This document shows positions 1 through 14,624 of a stretch of 64,000 nucleotides of DNA, in pieces. The translations under genes were made by a program, and so were the position numbers. The stretch is from NCBI GenBank assembly GCA_964016885.1, contig OZ024752.1:50282001-50346000 (forward strand), given 5' to 3'. Within the stretch, counting starts at the first letter, position 1. The number at the start of each line of letters is the position of its first letter. The notes under the pieces are model-generated. The model was given only the letters and a program-made list of their open reading frames with translations, was not told the DNA's origin and made no database searches. Source of the stretch: Eledone cirrhosa. Taxonomy: Eukaryota.

Positions 1-7
1 TCCACCA

Positions 8-179
8 TAGTAATAATAATAAATGCAAAGACTAAAATCGTCTTCATGTTTTCCTTCAGTTGCAATGTTCTTCAAAATATTTACTTCTGCGTTCACAGAT
101 TGATTTTTTTTTAGTTTCAGAAGATCCCGTTAAGGGTGAAAGCAGCGATTCTTTGCTTAGACTTTAATCTGTTATTTTA

Positions 180-185
<6 letters not shown>
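8..185. mobile_element. TA-inserted short repeat, family E (other copies 16086-16136, 17028-17195, fragment 45895-45930)
   Basis: Ends 'taataataataaa..aagactaaaatc' and 'aagatcccgttaagggtgaaagcagcgattctttgcttag..aatctgttattttaat(TA)n' recur in reverse orientation at 17028-17195; internally deleted copy at 16086-16136. Confidence 0.55.
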
Positions 186-233
<48 letters not shown>

Positions 234-576
234 CCATAGAAAATCAGCAGAAACACCCGTTTGAGCAAGACATGGTCACCCGACACAACTTGCCTCAAAA
301 TAGGACCTGACTAACTCATGCTAGCGTGGAAGATGGGCGTTAATCGATGATGATGATGATGATGATGATACTGTGTGTATATATATATATATATATACAT
401 ATACATACATATATATATATACATACACATATACATATATATATGCACACATACACATACATATATATATATATACATACACATATACATATATATATAT
501 GCACACATATACATACATATATATACATACATACACATATACATATATATATATGCACATATATACATATATATAT

Positions 577-749
577 CTAAGGCGGGTAAAATTCCCGAGA
601 TCCATGGACGAGTTCTCCCCAGCGGTCTCTGTCCCTCATTATCGCTGCCATCTCCTGCATCTCCAACAGACCAGTGTCTGTCCTTAGGGCATCAACATAT
701 GTTAACCTTGGTCTTCCTCTTCTACATGGACACACTAGAAGAGGAAGAC
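577..749 (-). mobile_element. RTE-clade LINE 3' coding fragment with short 5' inversion
   Basis: Minus translation [39 protein letters not shown] is typical of an RTE C-terminus; 725-749 is the upstream HGHTRRGR segment inverted; overlapping same-family fragment at 45931-46050. Confidence 0.8.
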
Positions 750-844
750 ATATATATATATATATATATATATACATACACATATACATATATATATGCA
801 CACATATACATATATATATATATATGCATGTGTGTCTAAATATG

Positions 845-1345
845 TTATCATCCCCATCAGTGTTTAAAGTCTATTTTCTCATGCTTGCTTGCATGGATTA
901 GATGGGTTGTCACATTGTGAGACAAATCACATCAGGTGACCACATCTTGCTCATATTTTGGTTGCGTTTCTATACTTGGATGCCCTTCCTCACGCCAACC
1001 ACATATAACTCTCTGTATATATGCATATGTATATGTTAAAGTCATATCTCCCTATCACTAAACACTTTACAGAGTGTACTCGGTGCATTTATTATGGAGA
1101 CCACCGACACTAAAGAAACTGTCATATTCTCAACACCACTGAAGAGCCCTCTACAGCTGTTCTTCCTGTCACCAACCCCCTTACAGGGTGTACTGGGTGT
1201 ATTTTTCATGGCAACAGAGTTTGTCATGTAACTACTGGGACCTCTCAAACCTTTTTGATATATTTTCTGCAGCTGGAAGCCCTTCCTAACACTAACACAG
1301 AGTATGCTGGGTGTGTTTTATCATGGCACCAGCACTAGGAAGTTT
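845..1345 (-). mobile_element. Degenerate SINE/LINE-tail repeat with several internal modules
   Basis: Decayed 'ttctcatgcttgc..catgg', 'tggatgcccttcct' and 'ttacagagtgtactgggtg' modules matching SINE family 1. Confidence 0.55.
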
Positions 1346-1995
1346 GTCAGTCATTGACTTGACTGATCAACCCTCTCTCCCCTATGGGGTAGAGAACTGT
1401 ATGATGAGAATAGGAATGAGGAGGTAAGAAGGTGTATCATACGCAAGAGACGAAACATGTATAGGGAAGGTGACAAGTTCAATGTTGGGGTATAAGTTGT
1501 GATGCAAGAGAAAGAGAAGACGTGAGAAAATAAGACAAGGGAGTCAGACAGGTGTAGGGAAGTTTGACAAGGTGATGAGAAGGTTGGGAGAGAGTTGTAC
1601 AGAGATGATGACAGTGGTTTCTAAGGAGTGACATTGGGTGCTAGAGGAGGGGCAAGACAGGAGGTTAGGATCAAGGGTAACAGTTCACATTCTTCACCAA
1701 TACTGAATGTCACCAATCCTTACAGTCCTTTGTCATCTCTGTCATGAGATTCAGCTTCTGAAGGTCAGTTTTGGTACTGCACCATTTTTCTCCCCTCACA
1801 CACTCCCCACATATTTTGTCACCCCCTGATGATGTTACATCAATTATCCATCATTATCATCATCATCACCATTATTATTATTATTATTATTATTATTTCC
1901 TGTATTAAAATTTCCTTCAGTTCTCTTATTTACAACATTTGAAAGGATTGATAAAAGAATAAACAGCAAAATAATAATAATAATAATAATAATAA

Positions 1996-2051
<56 letters not shown>

Positions 2052-2410
2052 ACAATAATAATAAATAAGTAAATGAAAGTAAAGACAAAATAGAAAAAAG
2101 ATGAAAAACAAGAGGAGAAGGAGGGGGGGGGGGGGGGAGAAGGTGACTATTTATTAGAAAACCAATCAGATGAATATCTTGATTATGAATGAGTCAATAT
2201 CTTAACTGAACACACTTTCTGCATCCTTTCAAAATAGCAACAGAGATACATTAATCAAACAACAAAACTGTAGACAGGAAACTATCTTTCCAGTCAACAT
2301 TTTCTTAAAGATTATCATTTTTAGTTGCACTTATTTCAAAGCCTGGCCGACAAATGAAGCTAAACACAAATGAATGCATATATATATATATAAACATATA
2401 TAAACAGACA

Positions 2411-2497
<87 letters not shown>

Positions 2498-2937
2498 GTA
2501 GAAGTTCTATTTAAATTATTGGGATACAACAAGCAAATATTTTTATAACTGATATAAAGCACTCAACAAATTATTGGAGTAAAAATACCATATATTAACA
2601 AATGGAAACTATATTTATAAAACCATATTTATTTCATTATACATATTTCAAGGACACCAAGTTAAATTATGGTGTACTTTCATCAGATAAAATATAATAT
2701 AGAGCAGTTTTATAAATAAATATTGACATACCCTTAAAGAAGCTCCCGATACTATCCGGGAGCTTCCAACAGAAATGGTCGCATATTCTAAGGGTATGTC
2801 AATATTTATTTATAAAACTGCTCTATAATATATTTTATCTGATGAAAGTACACCATAATTTAACTTGGTGTCCTTGAAATATGTATAATGAAATAAATAT
2901 GGTTTTATAAATATAGTTTCCATTTGTTAATATATCG
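2498..2937. mobile_element. Fold-back hammerhead cassette, family A (Penelope-like pLTR/retrozyme-type)
   Basis: Near-perfect inverted arms 2590-2736 / 2789-2935, unpaired tail 2498-2589, microsatellite on both sides, hammerhead motif in each arm. Confidence 0.8.
2831..2895 (+). ncRNA. Type I hammerhead ribozyme motif (mirror copy on - strand 2630-2694)
   Basis: tattttat CTGATGA aagTacacca..tggtgtCctt GAA ATATGTAT A atgaaata; stems I, II and III pair; AUA cleavage triplet. Confidence 0.75.
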
Positions 2938-2990
<53 letters not shown>

Positions 2991-3037
2991 GTATATATAT
3001 ATCCCAGAACTTACCGTGGATATCTCTGTGTATATAC

Positions 3038-3086
<49 letters not shown>

Positions 3087-3112
3087 CAAATATATACATA
3101 CATATTTATATA

Positions 3113-3149
<37 letters not shown>

Positions 3150-3312
3150 AACAATGAAGACAAAAGGTGAAGTTCAGTGCTTAATCAGTTCATTGTTTTA
3201 CGATCGTTTCAGAAAGTCGATTGATCGTGCTAAATCAATATGGTGACTAATCAATAGTAGTTATGTAAGTTCATGTTATTAGTCTTGAAACTATAGATCC
3301 ATCTCCAGTGTG
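3150..3312 (-). mobile_element. TA-flanked element with hammerhead-like motif (long stem II, degenerate)
   Basis: Minus strand: CTGGAGA..~90 nt..GAA ACGATCGT A; palindromic stem III, altered core. Confidence 0.4.
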
Positions 3313-3347
<35 letters not shown>

Positions 3348-3348
<1 letters not shown>

Positions 3349-3548
3349 GTTTTAATATAGATGAGATTCTACAGGACTAGAACTGTTTCATTCATTAGAA
3401 ATCATCAGGAATCAGAGATTCCTGATGATTTCTAATGAATGAAACAGTTCTAGTCCTGTAGAATCTCATCTATATTAAAACTGTTATACTCTGCTATGTA
3501 TTGAGTACCTTACTTACTGTGGTTACCTCCGATTCAACCCGGAATAAC

Positions 3549-3550
<2 letters not shown>
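3348..3550. mobile_element. Fold-back cassette, family B (related copies 8428-8582, 18991-19146)
   Basis: Perfect arms 3348-3413 / 3417-3482 with 3-nt loop, tail 3483-3550, TA flanks; CTGATGA..GAAAC hammerhead-like core at 3422-3455. Confidence 0.75.
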
Positions 3551-3633
<83 letters not shown>

Positions 3634-3713
3634 TATATATATATGTGTGACAGTCGATCAACTTTCGTCAAATCGGACTGAGGAGACAATGTTTCCATTG
3701 GTCTTTCCAATTA

Positions 3714-3753
<40 letters not shown>

Positions 3754-3756
<3 letters not shown>

Positions 3757-4160
3757 AATGAGTTTTATGTTTTGTTGATTATTTAACAAAGTTAATTTAT
3801 AACAGACTAGAAGCACTCAACAAATTTTTCCAGAGTATAATTAATATCAATAATATTAATAAATGGAAAATATTTTAATAAAACCATATTTATTTTATTG
3901 TACATATTTCAAGGGTTCCAATATTTTAGTACGCTTACGTCAGATAAAATACAACAATTGGTTTAAAGATAGTGACATATCTTCATATGTTCAATGAACT
4001 TATAACATAAAGTTCATATGAAGATATGTCACTATCTTTACACCAATTGTTGTATTTTATCTGACGAAAGCGTACTAAAATATTGGTACCCTTGAAATAC
4101 GTATAACAAAATAAATATGGTTTTATAAAGATATTTTCCATTTATTAATATTATTGATAT
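3754..4160. mobile_element. Fold-back hammerhead cassette, family A
   Basis: Arms 3844-3989 / 4015-4160, tail 3754-3843, TA flanks; homologous to 2498-2937. Confidence 0.8.
4053..4113 (+). ncRNA. Type I hammerhead ribozyme motif
   Basis: tattttat CTGACGA aagCgtac..gtacCctt GAA ATACGTAT A acaaaata; perfect palindromic stem III. Confidence 0.75.
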
Positions 4161-4185
4161 ATATGTATATATATATATGTGTGTA

Positions 4186-4239
<54 letters not shown>

Positions 4240-4304
4240 ATACAGAGTTATTAACTCATATTGATACCCTGCAATTAACAAGCTCAAAGTATAAATACTG
4301 AGCA

Positions 4305-4405
4305 TTGAGGTTAACTTTGCCTTTCATCCTTACGGGGTTGATAAAATAAAGTACCAGTAATGCACTGGATAATTGCTGGCCTTGCGCCAAAAGTAAAAAC
4401 AATTA
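4305..4405 (+). mobile_element. SINE family 2, 3' fragment
   Basis: gaggttaactttgcctttcatccttacgggg..gtaccagtaatgcactgg..ggccttg..aacaatt. Confidence 0.8.
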
Positions 4406-4407
4406 TA

Positions 4408-4758
4408 ATATTAATATATGTAGAAATAAACACAGTAAATTCTGCGTCTAAAATTACGAGGGTAGATTATACTACAAATGTTTTATATATTTAAACTGAA
4501 TCATACAGTATGGTACAAGATTTCCTATACATACCGTATCAATAACGATTTCATCTCTCGGACAGACTAAAGATTTAATCTGTTTCGCCCTGAAAATTGT
4601 GTTTGTAACAGACAATCTTTAGGCATTTCATCACACGGTATGTATAGGAAATCTTATATCTTACTGTATTCTTCAGTTTAAATATATAAAACATTTGTGG
4701 TATAATCTACCCTCGTAATTTTAGACGCAGAATTTACTGTTTATTTCTACATATATTA

Positions 4759-4762
<4 letters not shown>
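4408..4762. mobile_element. Fold-back cassette, family D
   Basis: Diverged inverted arms 4408-4537 / 4635-4762; spacer on - strand has ctaaagatt..CTG..GAAACAGATTA aatctttag (decayed hammerhead with 9-bp stem I). Confidence 0.7.
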
Positions 4763-4847
<85 letters not shown>

Positions 4848-4909
4848 ACAGTCCTGTCAGAACAAGGTACAGTGTGGCCAATCCCGACCAGACTTGTCTC
4901 TCGATCATC

Positions 4910-5248
4910 GGAGGCACATGGCTTAGTGGTTAGAGCATTGGCCTTGCAATCGAAAGGTTGTGAGTTCAATTCTCAAACCGGGTGATGTGTTGTTTCCTTG
5001 AGCAAGACACTTTATTTCACATTGCTCCAGTTTACTCAGCTGTAGAAATGAGATGATAGGGACTGGGGTCCATATCATTCCACTTTAAAGTGGTTGTGTA
5101 GGCGCCACAGGAAAAAAGCACCCAGCACTCACTGTAAATGAGGTTGGTGTTAGGAAGGGCATCCAGCTGTAGAAATCAAGCCAGAATCAGTTCCCGTCCC
5201 ACCCTTGCAAGCAGGGAAAAAGCAGACATAAAATGATGATGATGATGA
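4910..5248 (+). mobile_element. tRNA-headed SINE family 1 with RTE-derived 3' tail
   Basis: A box tggcttagtgg, B box gagttcaattc, core ggaagggcatccagctgtagaaa, (ATG)n tail; many copies in window. Confidence 0.88.
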
Positions 5249-5564
5249 TATGTGTGTGTATATATAAATATATCATCATCATCATCATCGTTTAACGTCT
5301 ATCTTCCACATTAGCATGGGTTAAACGGTAATTGTCCCACTTGAGGCAAGATTGGTCGGGTGACTGTGTCTCGCTCATATAGGACTCGTATATATATGTA
5401 TGTATGTGTGTATATATATATATATATTTATAAACATATACATATGTGTGTATATATTAATACACATACATGCGTACACACACACACATATATATATTAA
5501 TATGTGTGTGTGTGTATGTATATATATATGTGTATGTATATATATATAAATATATACATATGTG

Positions 5565-5595
<31 letters not shown>

Positions 5596-5647
5596 ATATA
5601 TTTATAAATATATACACATACTAATGTGGATAGTGAATCCACCTTTC

Positions 5648-5682
<35 letters not shown>

Positions 5683-5950
5683 CTCTCTCCGTCCTTCTCT
5701 CTCTCCTTCTCTATCTCTATCTCTCTCTATCTTTCTCTCTATCTATCTCTCCTTCTCTATCTCTATCCCTCTCTTTCTCTCTCTCTCTATCCATCTATCT
5801 ATCTCTCTATCTCTCTATCTATCTCTCTATCTCTCTATCTATCTCTCTATCTCTCTATCTATCTATCTCTATCCCTATCCCTCTCTCTCTCTATCCAACT
5901 ATCCATCTATCTATCTCTCTATCTATCTATCTATCTCTATCTCTATCCCC

Positions 5951-5981
<31 letters not shown>

Positions 5982-6053
5982 CCTCTATCTATCTAGCTAT
6001 CTATCTCTCTATCTCTCTATCTCTATCCCTCTCTCTCTATCTCTATCCCTCTC

Positions 6054-6103
<50 letters not shown>

Positions 6104-6150
6104 CATCTATCTCTCTCTCTATCTCTATCTCTATCTGTCTATCTATCCCA
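5648..6150. repeat. (CT)n/(CTAT)n compound microsatellite
   Basis: Direct reading. Confidence 0.95.
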
Positions 6151-6464
6151 TCTTTCTGTCTAACATATGTAAGAGGGGAGAATGAGAAACAACCAAATAG
6201 ACAAATAGATGGATGTATCGCGGGGGGGGGGGGGGGGGGGTAGCCTTTATTAAGAGATGGAAAGGCAAGAGTGAGAGAGAGGGGGTGGTGTGGGGTTGTG
6301 AAGTGGGTGAGGGGACAGTAGAAAGTGAAGAGTATATAGCTGTAAGGTTGGGGTGGGGAGGGGCCCATGCAAGACTACATTCAGTGACTATTGTCTGTAA
6401 CTGCACAATGCCACCACAGCAGCAGCAGCTACTATCAAAATAGTCATGATAACAGCACCTGCTA

Positions 6465-6589
6465 TATACACACACACCCATACACTATATATACATATAT
6501 ACACACAACCATACACTATATGTATATATACATATATATACACACAACCATACATTATATGTATATATATATATATACACACAACCATA

Positions 6590-6652
<63 letters not shown>

Positions 6653-6944
6653 ACCATACACTATATATATATACATATATACACACACACCCATACACTA
6701 TATATATATATATATATACATATATACACACAGCCATACACACAACCATACACTATATGTATATATATACATATATACACACACAACCATACACTATATG
6801 TATATATACATATATACACACACAACCATACACTATATATATATATATATATACAGATATACACACAACCATACACTATATGTATATATACACACAACCA
6901 TACACTATATGTATATATACATATATACACACACAACCATACAC

Positions 6945-6976
<32 letters not shown>

Positions 6977-7276
6977 ACCATACATTATATGTATATATAT
7001 ATACATATATACACACACAACCATACACTATATGTATATATACAGATATACACACAACCATACACTATATATATATATATACATATATACACACAGCCAT
7101 ACACTATATGTATATATATATACACACAACCATACACTATATGTATATATATATATATATACACACAACCATACACTATATGTATATATATACACACACA
7201 ACCATACACTATATGTATATATATATATATATACATACACAACCATACACTATATATATATACACACACAACCATA

Positions 7277-7315
<39 letters not shown>

Positions 7316-7480
7316 ACCATACACTATATATATATACATATATACACACACAACCATACACTATATATATATACATATATACATATATACACACACAACC
7401 ATACACTATATATATATACATATATACACACACAACCATACACTATATATATATATACATATATACACACACAACCATAC

Positions 7481-7517
<37 letters not shown>

Positions 7518-7645
7518 TGACACACCCATACACTATATATATATACATATATACACACACAACCATACACTATATATATATATATACATATATACACACA
7601 CAACCATACACTATATGTACATACATATATACACACACAACCATA

Positions 7646-7684
<39 letters not shown>

Positions 7685-7800
7685 ACCATACACTATATAT
7701 ATATACATATATACACACACAACCATACACTATATATATACATATATACACACACAACCATACACTATATATATATACATATATACACACACAACCATAC

Positions 7801-7862
<62 letters not shown>

Positions 7863-8150
7863 ACCATACACTATATATATATACATATATACACACACAA
7901 CCATACACTATATATATACATATATACACACACAACCATACACTATATATATATACATATATACACACACAACCATACACTATATATATATACATATATA
8001 CACACACAACCATACACTATATATATACATATATACTCACACAACCATACATTATATATATATACATATATACGCACACAACCGTACACTATATGTATAA
8101 ATACATATATACACACACAGCCATACACTATATATATATATATATACAGC
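6465..8150. repeat. Compound minisatellite: 'cacaaccatacacta' core with variable (TA)/(CA) spacers
   Basis: Dozens of tandem cores. Confidence 0.95.
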
Positions 8151-8190
8151 TTTATTCTATAATCACAAAACCACACAAACTATAAATATA

Positions 8191-8253
<63 letters not shown>

Positions 8254-8580
8254 AAGTAGTTAACACAAGGTTACTTTACCATAACTCTATATATTTATGT
8301 ATGAATGTTTCTATCTTATATATATATATATATATATATATATACAAATTAAAATGAAGAATTAGTAATAGAAGCCAGTACTATCCATCATCAGTGGTCT
8401 ACTAGCCATCATAGGTATTTCTTCGCTGAAATGGCTTCTACAGGACTAGGACTGTTTCATTCAAAATAAATCATCATCCTGTAGAAGCCATTTCTATATT
8501 AAACTTGATATTTACACTATATTAATGTATTGAGCACAATACTAACTATGGTTACCCCCGATTGAACCCAGGACTCACAA

Positions 8581-8649
<69 letters not shown>

Positions 8650-8657
<8 letters not shown>

Positions 8658-8880
8658 GTGAGGGTTTTTTTACAAAATGAAAAATAACTGAGGTGTCCTA
8701 CACGAGTGAAAGTATAAAGAAAAAAAAATGAAATCGAAAATGCAACTGGAGTTTTATTTTTTTTTTTAAATTATATTTATTTGGTTCCTTTACCGGTTTC
8801 GCAGTTCTTCTGCTTTTCAAAAGTAGAAGAACTGCGAGTCGAGATGGAGGGTCTGTGGTTTTTCTCACATTTTTACTATA
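8650..8880 (-). mobile_element. TA-inserted element family I with hammerhead-like motif and short fold-back
   Basis: Minus: TGAAAA gcag aagaa ctgc GAA ACCGGT A; mini inverted repeat 8799-8837; homologous to 26926-27117. Confidence 0.6.
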
Positions 8881-8962
8881 TATATATATATATAGTAAAA
8901 ATATCTAATTTAATGAAATATCATAATTATATACATGTATATGCATATGTTTGTGTATATTA

Positions 8963-9003
<41 letters not shown>

Positions 9004-9470
9004 ATGCATGTATATATATATATATATGATAATAATTATTTAGATAGAGAGGTTCATGAAAACAAAAATGCATATATAATTTTGATGTTATATTCAAACA
9101 AATTTCTTTTTAATTCACAAATCTTCTATTTTCAAATTCTTTAAAATAATTTTGAATAATTTAAAGTAATTTAAATAATTCAAAATAAAAAAACACAGAA
9201 GCTGAACAATGAATTGGTTTGTTATTTCAGTAGCAATACATTATATATATATATAAATTATATATAATATATATATATATATATAATATTAATTATTTGA
9301 CTTTGCCTTTCATCCTTACGGGGTCGATAAAAATAAAGTACCAGTAATGCACTGGGTAATTGCTGGCCTTGTGCCTAAAGTAGAAACAATTAATTACATA
9401 TATATATAATATTAATTATATATATATATAATATTAATTATATATATATAATATTAATTATATATATATA

Positions 9471-9521
<51 letters not shown>

Positions 9522-10084
9522 CTAGTAGTAGTTTCCGAATTACTTTTGGCAGAATAAATGAGACACACAGTTTCATAAATCTTCAATTAACTTTTTGGTA
9601 CCACTATTGCTGTGGCAGCCATATTGAACAGTGAAAATTTTAATTTATTAAGTGAAAAAAAAATTTATTTGTCACTGAGAGAAAGAATGAAAGACAGCAG
9701 AGAGGGTTGGGGGGGAGGAGAGAGGAGGTAGAGGTGGGGAGGGAGTAGTAAATGAAAGACAAGAAGGAATTCTAAAGCAGACCAACACCATAGTAGGTTG
9801 GATGTGGCACCAAGGCATAATACTGCAATATGTTTCAAATGAAATTTATTTTTTAAAATAATAATTGCAAAAATCTATTGCCATGAATATTTATTTTAAT
9901 TTTATCTTTATTGGTATTATTATTATTGTTGTTGTTAATATAATTTCATATATTTATATGTATATATATATTAATATAATTTCGTATATATATATATATA
10001 TATATTAATATAATTTTGTATATATATGTATATACATATATTAATATAATTTTGTATATATATGTATATATATATATATATTAA

Positions 10085-10148
<64 letters not shown>

Positions 10149-10189
10149 TATAATTTTATATATATATGTGTGTATATATAATATGTGTA

Positions 10190-10206
10190 GATAGCTAGAT
10201 AGATGA

Positions 10207-10254
<48 letters not shown>

Positions 10255-10255
10255 G

Positions 10256-10294
<39 letters not shown>

Positions 10295-10299
10295 GTAGG

Positions 10300-10330
<31 letters not shown>

Positions 10331-10451
10331 GTAAGTACATAAATAGATAGTTAGATATATAAATAGATAGAATAAATTGGTAGGTAAATAGGGAGGAAGA
10401 TAGGTAGACAGATAATCAGATAGAAGATAGGTAGTAGAGAGATAAATAGAG

Positions 10452-10486
<35 letters not shown>

Positions 10487-10505
10487 ATAAGGGTAGACAG
10501 ATAGG
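10190..10505. repeat. (GATA)n microsatellite, degenerate
   Basis: Direct reading. Confidence 0.95.
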
Positions 10506-10919
10506 TATGTGGGCAGATAAATAGATAAATTATTAGATAGGTTGATAAATAACAAATAATAGTTATATAGAAAAGGTAAAGTACATAGATGTATTTTATC
10601 AGGAAAAAAACTAGGGGTTTTTTTCAGGGCTAAAAAGACGTAATATTTGTTCAATATTATATCAGTTGGCAGTCTAGTTAGTTGAGCTGTTGTCCCCCCC
10701 CGACTCTGGCTATATAGCAGGCTACTATAATTCCATCTTTTGTACTACTTTCTCCTCCAATTCTCCTGCGCTGCAGCTTACAGTGTCACTAGCTAACTAG
10801 CTGTATTTATTGAACAGCTATTTCAAACGTATAAGGTAACTCTCATGCAAGTTATATAACACACTGCTCCAATCAAAAACAACTATTGACTGGAAGATTA
10901 TGTGTATGTGTATGTATGT

Positions 10920-11000
<81 letters not shown>

Positions 11001-11120
11001 TATATATATATATTTATGTGTGTGTGTATGTGAGTTTATATATATATATATATATATATATTTATGTGTGTGTGTATGTGAGTTTATATATATATATATA
11101 TTTATGTGTGTGTGTATGTG

Positions 11121-11184
<64 letters not shown>

Positions 11185-12352
11185 AGTTTATATATATATA
11201 TATATATATACTCACAAACACATGCATATATTATATATACAGACACAAATACACAAACATATGTTTATATATTATATGATTATATATATCATATGATTAT
11301 ATATATGAAAAGGTTCAAGACCCCAACAGCTGAGCTCTGGCTGTTTCGACAGCTAGATACATCCAACGTTTTTCTACTAGAAAACAAAAACAGCTGTCAA
11401 ATGATGATGCTATCTATCTATCATCATCATCATCTCCCTATATATATATATAGGGAGAGAAAGAGAGAGAGACAGAAAGAGATTGATAGTAGCTTAGTCA
11501 TCTTTAGATTTAAGATTTATTTAATACTTAATTAAATAAAGTCACTAACTAAAACCTATAGGTTTATTATGAAACATATACAAGAGTTTAAAATTATATA
11601 AAAGTGAGTGTTATATATAAATAACGAATTTATTTATATACAACTAGTTTCAGTCTTTAGACTGTATTATTGATCCCAGTGCTTACTGTTTAAACAAGTC
11701 TGCTACTTATTTTATCAATCTCTTTTTCTGTTGAACTGCTAAGTCATGGTACTTTAATACAGCAGACAATTTTATTTCAGAAAGAATTTCAATTATCTTA
11801 ATAATTAACAAATTATTTCAATTTATTAATACTTATTTATTAAAACTTACTTTAACATTTATAAAACTGGTTCGGAAATTTCTCAGTTATCTTAACAAAT
11901 AATTATTTCTTTTTCTTCAGACAATTTAATATTATATTTATTTATTTTGTAGGACTTTTTTTAATGATATAGTGAAAATATATTTCAAAATATAGTTTTT
12001 ATTTTGTTTCAAGCAATTTCAACCAGTTTAAAGTTTTAAGAAAAATTGTCTATCTAAAAAATACTAAAACGAAATAGTTACACATATATGTATGTATATA
12101 TATATATATATATACGGTATGTGTGTGTAAGAGAGAGAGAGAGAGAGAGAGAGAGTTTGGGAGCTACCAGTTTAGTCTAATAAGACTATTGTTCAGCTAA
12201 GTACTCGATACTCGGGAAAGTAGAGTAGGTATTGTAAAGAGTTAGTACCCTGATGGCTGAGGTCTTACTGTTTTGCCGAGGAGGGGATAACTGCAGTTAA
12301 CCATTTGCTGATGAAACAGCAAGAGCTCAACCATCAGGCACTAATATATATA

Positions 12353-12400
<48 letters not shown>

Positions 12401-12433
12401 AAAATAAATATATATGTATATATATATATAGAT

Positions 12434-12478
<45 letters not shown>

Positions 12479-12548
12479 TGTAAGTGTGTATATATATATA
12501 AATAAATATGTAAGTGTGTATATATATATATATATATATCATCATCAT

Positions 12549-12595
<47 letters not shown>

Positions 12596-12600
12596 TGTAA

Positions 12601-12651
<51 letters not shown>

Positions 12652-12686
12652 TGTGTGTATATATATATATATATATCATCATCATC

Positions 12687-12717
<31 letters not shown>

Positions 12718-12725
12718 TGTAAGTG

Positions 12726-12759
<34 letters not shown>

Positions 12760-13949
12760 TGTAAGTGTGTATATATATATATATAAATGAATATTTATAA
12801 ATATACATATGTATACTAGTTCACGAGAACCATTTTCATGATAGTGGTGGTGGTGGTAGGTATAGTGTATGCTATACTTTGAGAAGTAATGTATTCTCAG
12901 AAATGTTAATGCATTGCACAAAACAGCATAAAGCTGCTTTAGAAAATATCTGTTTGATAACGAGAGAAAAAAATTTTAAAAAGAAATAGATTGGAAAGAG
13001 AGATCGGAGAAAAGAGGAAAAAAAGTTCATAGTGAAAAAAAAAAGCCATTATTCTCTAAAATGACCATAATATATGGGCTGTCTTTACTGTGATTGGATG
13101 AGATTACTGCCATGAAATCTTGGGCATGTCTCTGCAAGCTCATTATCATGTCGCAAACTACATTCTCAATTCTGATTGGTTGTAGAAAGTGGTTACAGTC
13201 AGTTGTCCAGAACATCGGTAATCCCCCATAGTTTTAGTTTAACTAAATTTATCCAAATATGGTGTTGACCATTGCACTCGACATTGTTTAAAATTAAATT
13301 TTTGTTTTGAAAATTCAATTATTCCAAAGCACTATTCTAATTAAAAATGCATTCTGCATTTTTTTTTTTTTGCTGTTATGGTTGTTGGTGTTATTTTTTC
13401 TGGTGTGTTTTTTTTCTTTAAAAAACATTACTTTCAAATACAGGCATATATTATCTCGGGGAGAAAATAAATTTAAAAAAGAGAATTAAAATTAGAATTT
13501 TTCAAATAAAAAAATCTAGTTTTTTTTTTAAATATAATCTTTAACAGAAAATATTTTTTCTGAAAAAAAATCTAATGTTAAACCATTCAAAATTAACTGA
13601 AGCCCTGAAAATTAATAATGATTTCTAAAGATATGAAATAGATATAAATCTATAGAATTGTAACTATATTTTTAATGTACCAAAAGCTAACTTTATATAT
13701 AGTTCCAACAAAGAAACAGAAATATTGTTTTTCTATTTAAATTTAAATTATATACTCAATTATACACCCAAATCAGGCGGGGAAAGAAGACTGTGTAGAA
13801 GAAATGTTGATAAGACTGTGTAGAAGAAATGATGATAAAGAAGAAAAAGAAAGATAGAGAATGAGAATAAAACATAAAAACAACTTATATATATTTATAA
13901 CCATGGGCTTAAGAATAGTTATTATATAGATATATATTTATATATATAT

Positions 13950-14103
13950 ATATGTGTGTGGAGGTGTGTGTGTATGATATATATATATATACATGTATAT
14001 ATATATATATACATGTATATATATATATATATACATGTATATATAAATATATACATGTATATATAAATATACATGTATATATATATATGTGTATATATAT
14101 ATT

Positions 14104-14139
<36 letters not shown>

Positions 14140-14300
14140 GAGGTGTGTGTGTATGATATATATATATATATACATGTATATATATATATATATACATGTG
14201 TGTGTGTGGAGGTGTGTGTGTATGATATATATATATATATACATGTATATATATATATATACATGTGTGTGTGTGTGGAGGTGTGTGTGTATGATATATA
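13950..14300. repeat. Compound repeat 'gtgtgtggaggtgtgtgtgtatga' x4 in TA/CATG matrix
   Basis: Direct reading. Confidence 0.9.
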
Positions 14301-14357
14301 TATATATATATACATGTATATATATACATGTATATATATATATATACATGTATATAT

Positions 14358-14412
<55 letters not shown>

Positions 14413-14451
14413 TGTATATATATATACATGTCATGTATATATATATATATA

Positions 14452-14520
<69 letters not shown>

Positions 14521-14564
14521 GTATATATATATATATTTAATGAATATATATATATATAATTATA

Positions 14565-14624
<60 letters not shown>

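Noticed and set aside
4910-4985. tRNA gene
   Set aside because: A/B boxes belong to a multi-copy SINE head; no proper cloverleaf or terminator
6465-8150. Repeat-spacer array resembling CRISPR
   Set aside because: Spacers are only (TA)/(CA) slippage; eukaryotic context, no cas genes
6391-8185. 569-579 aa ORFs
   Set aside because: Translation of a TA/CA minisatellite; no coding complexity
9788-9805. let-7-like tagtaggttg
   Set aside because: Seed tgagg missing and no precursor hairpin
11643-11765. GAAACTAGTT hammerhead-like half motif on - strand
   Set aside because: No CUGANGA partner; resembles a decayed SINE 3' end (cf. 24061-24118)
13027-13215. 62-aa ORF in unique sequence
   Set aside because: No recognisable domain or convincing splice sites
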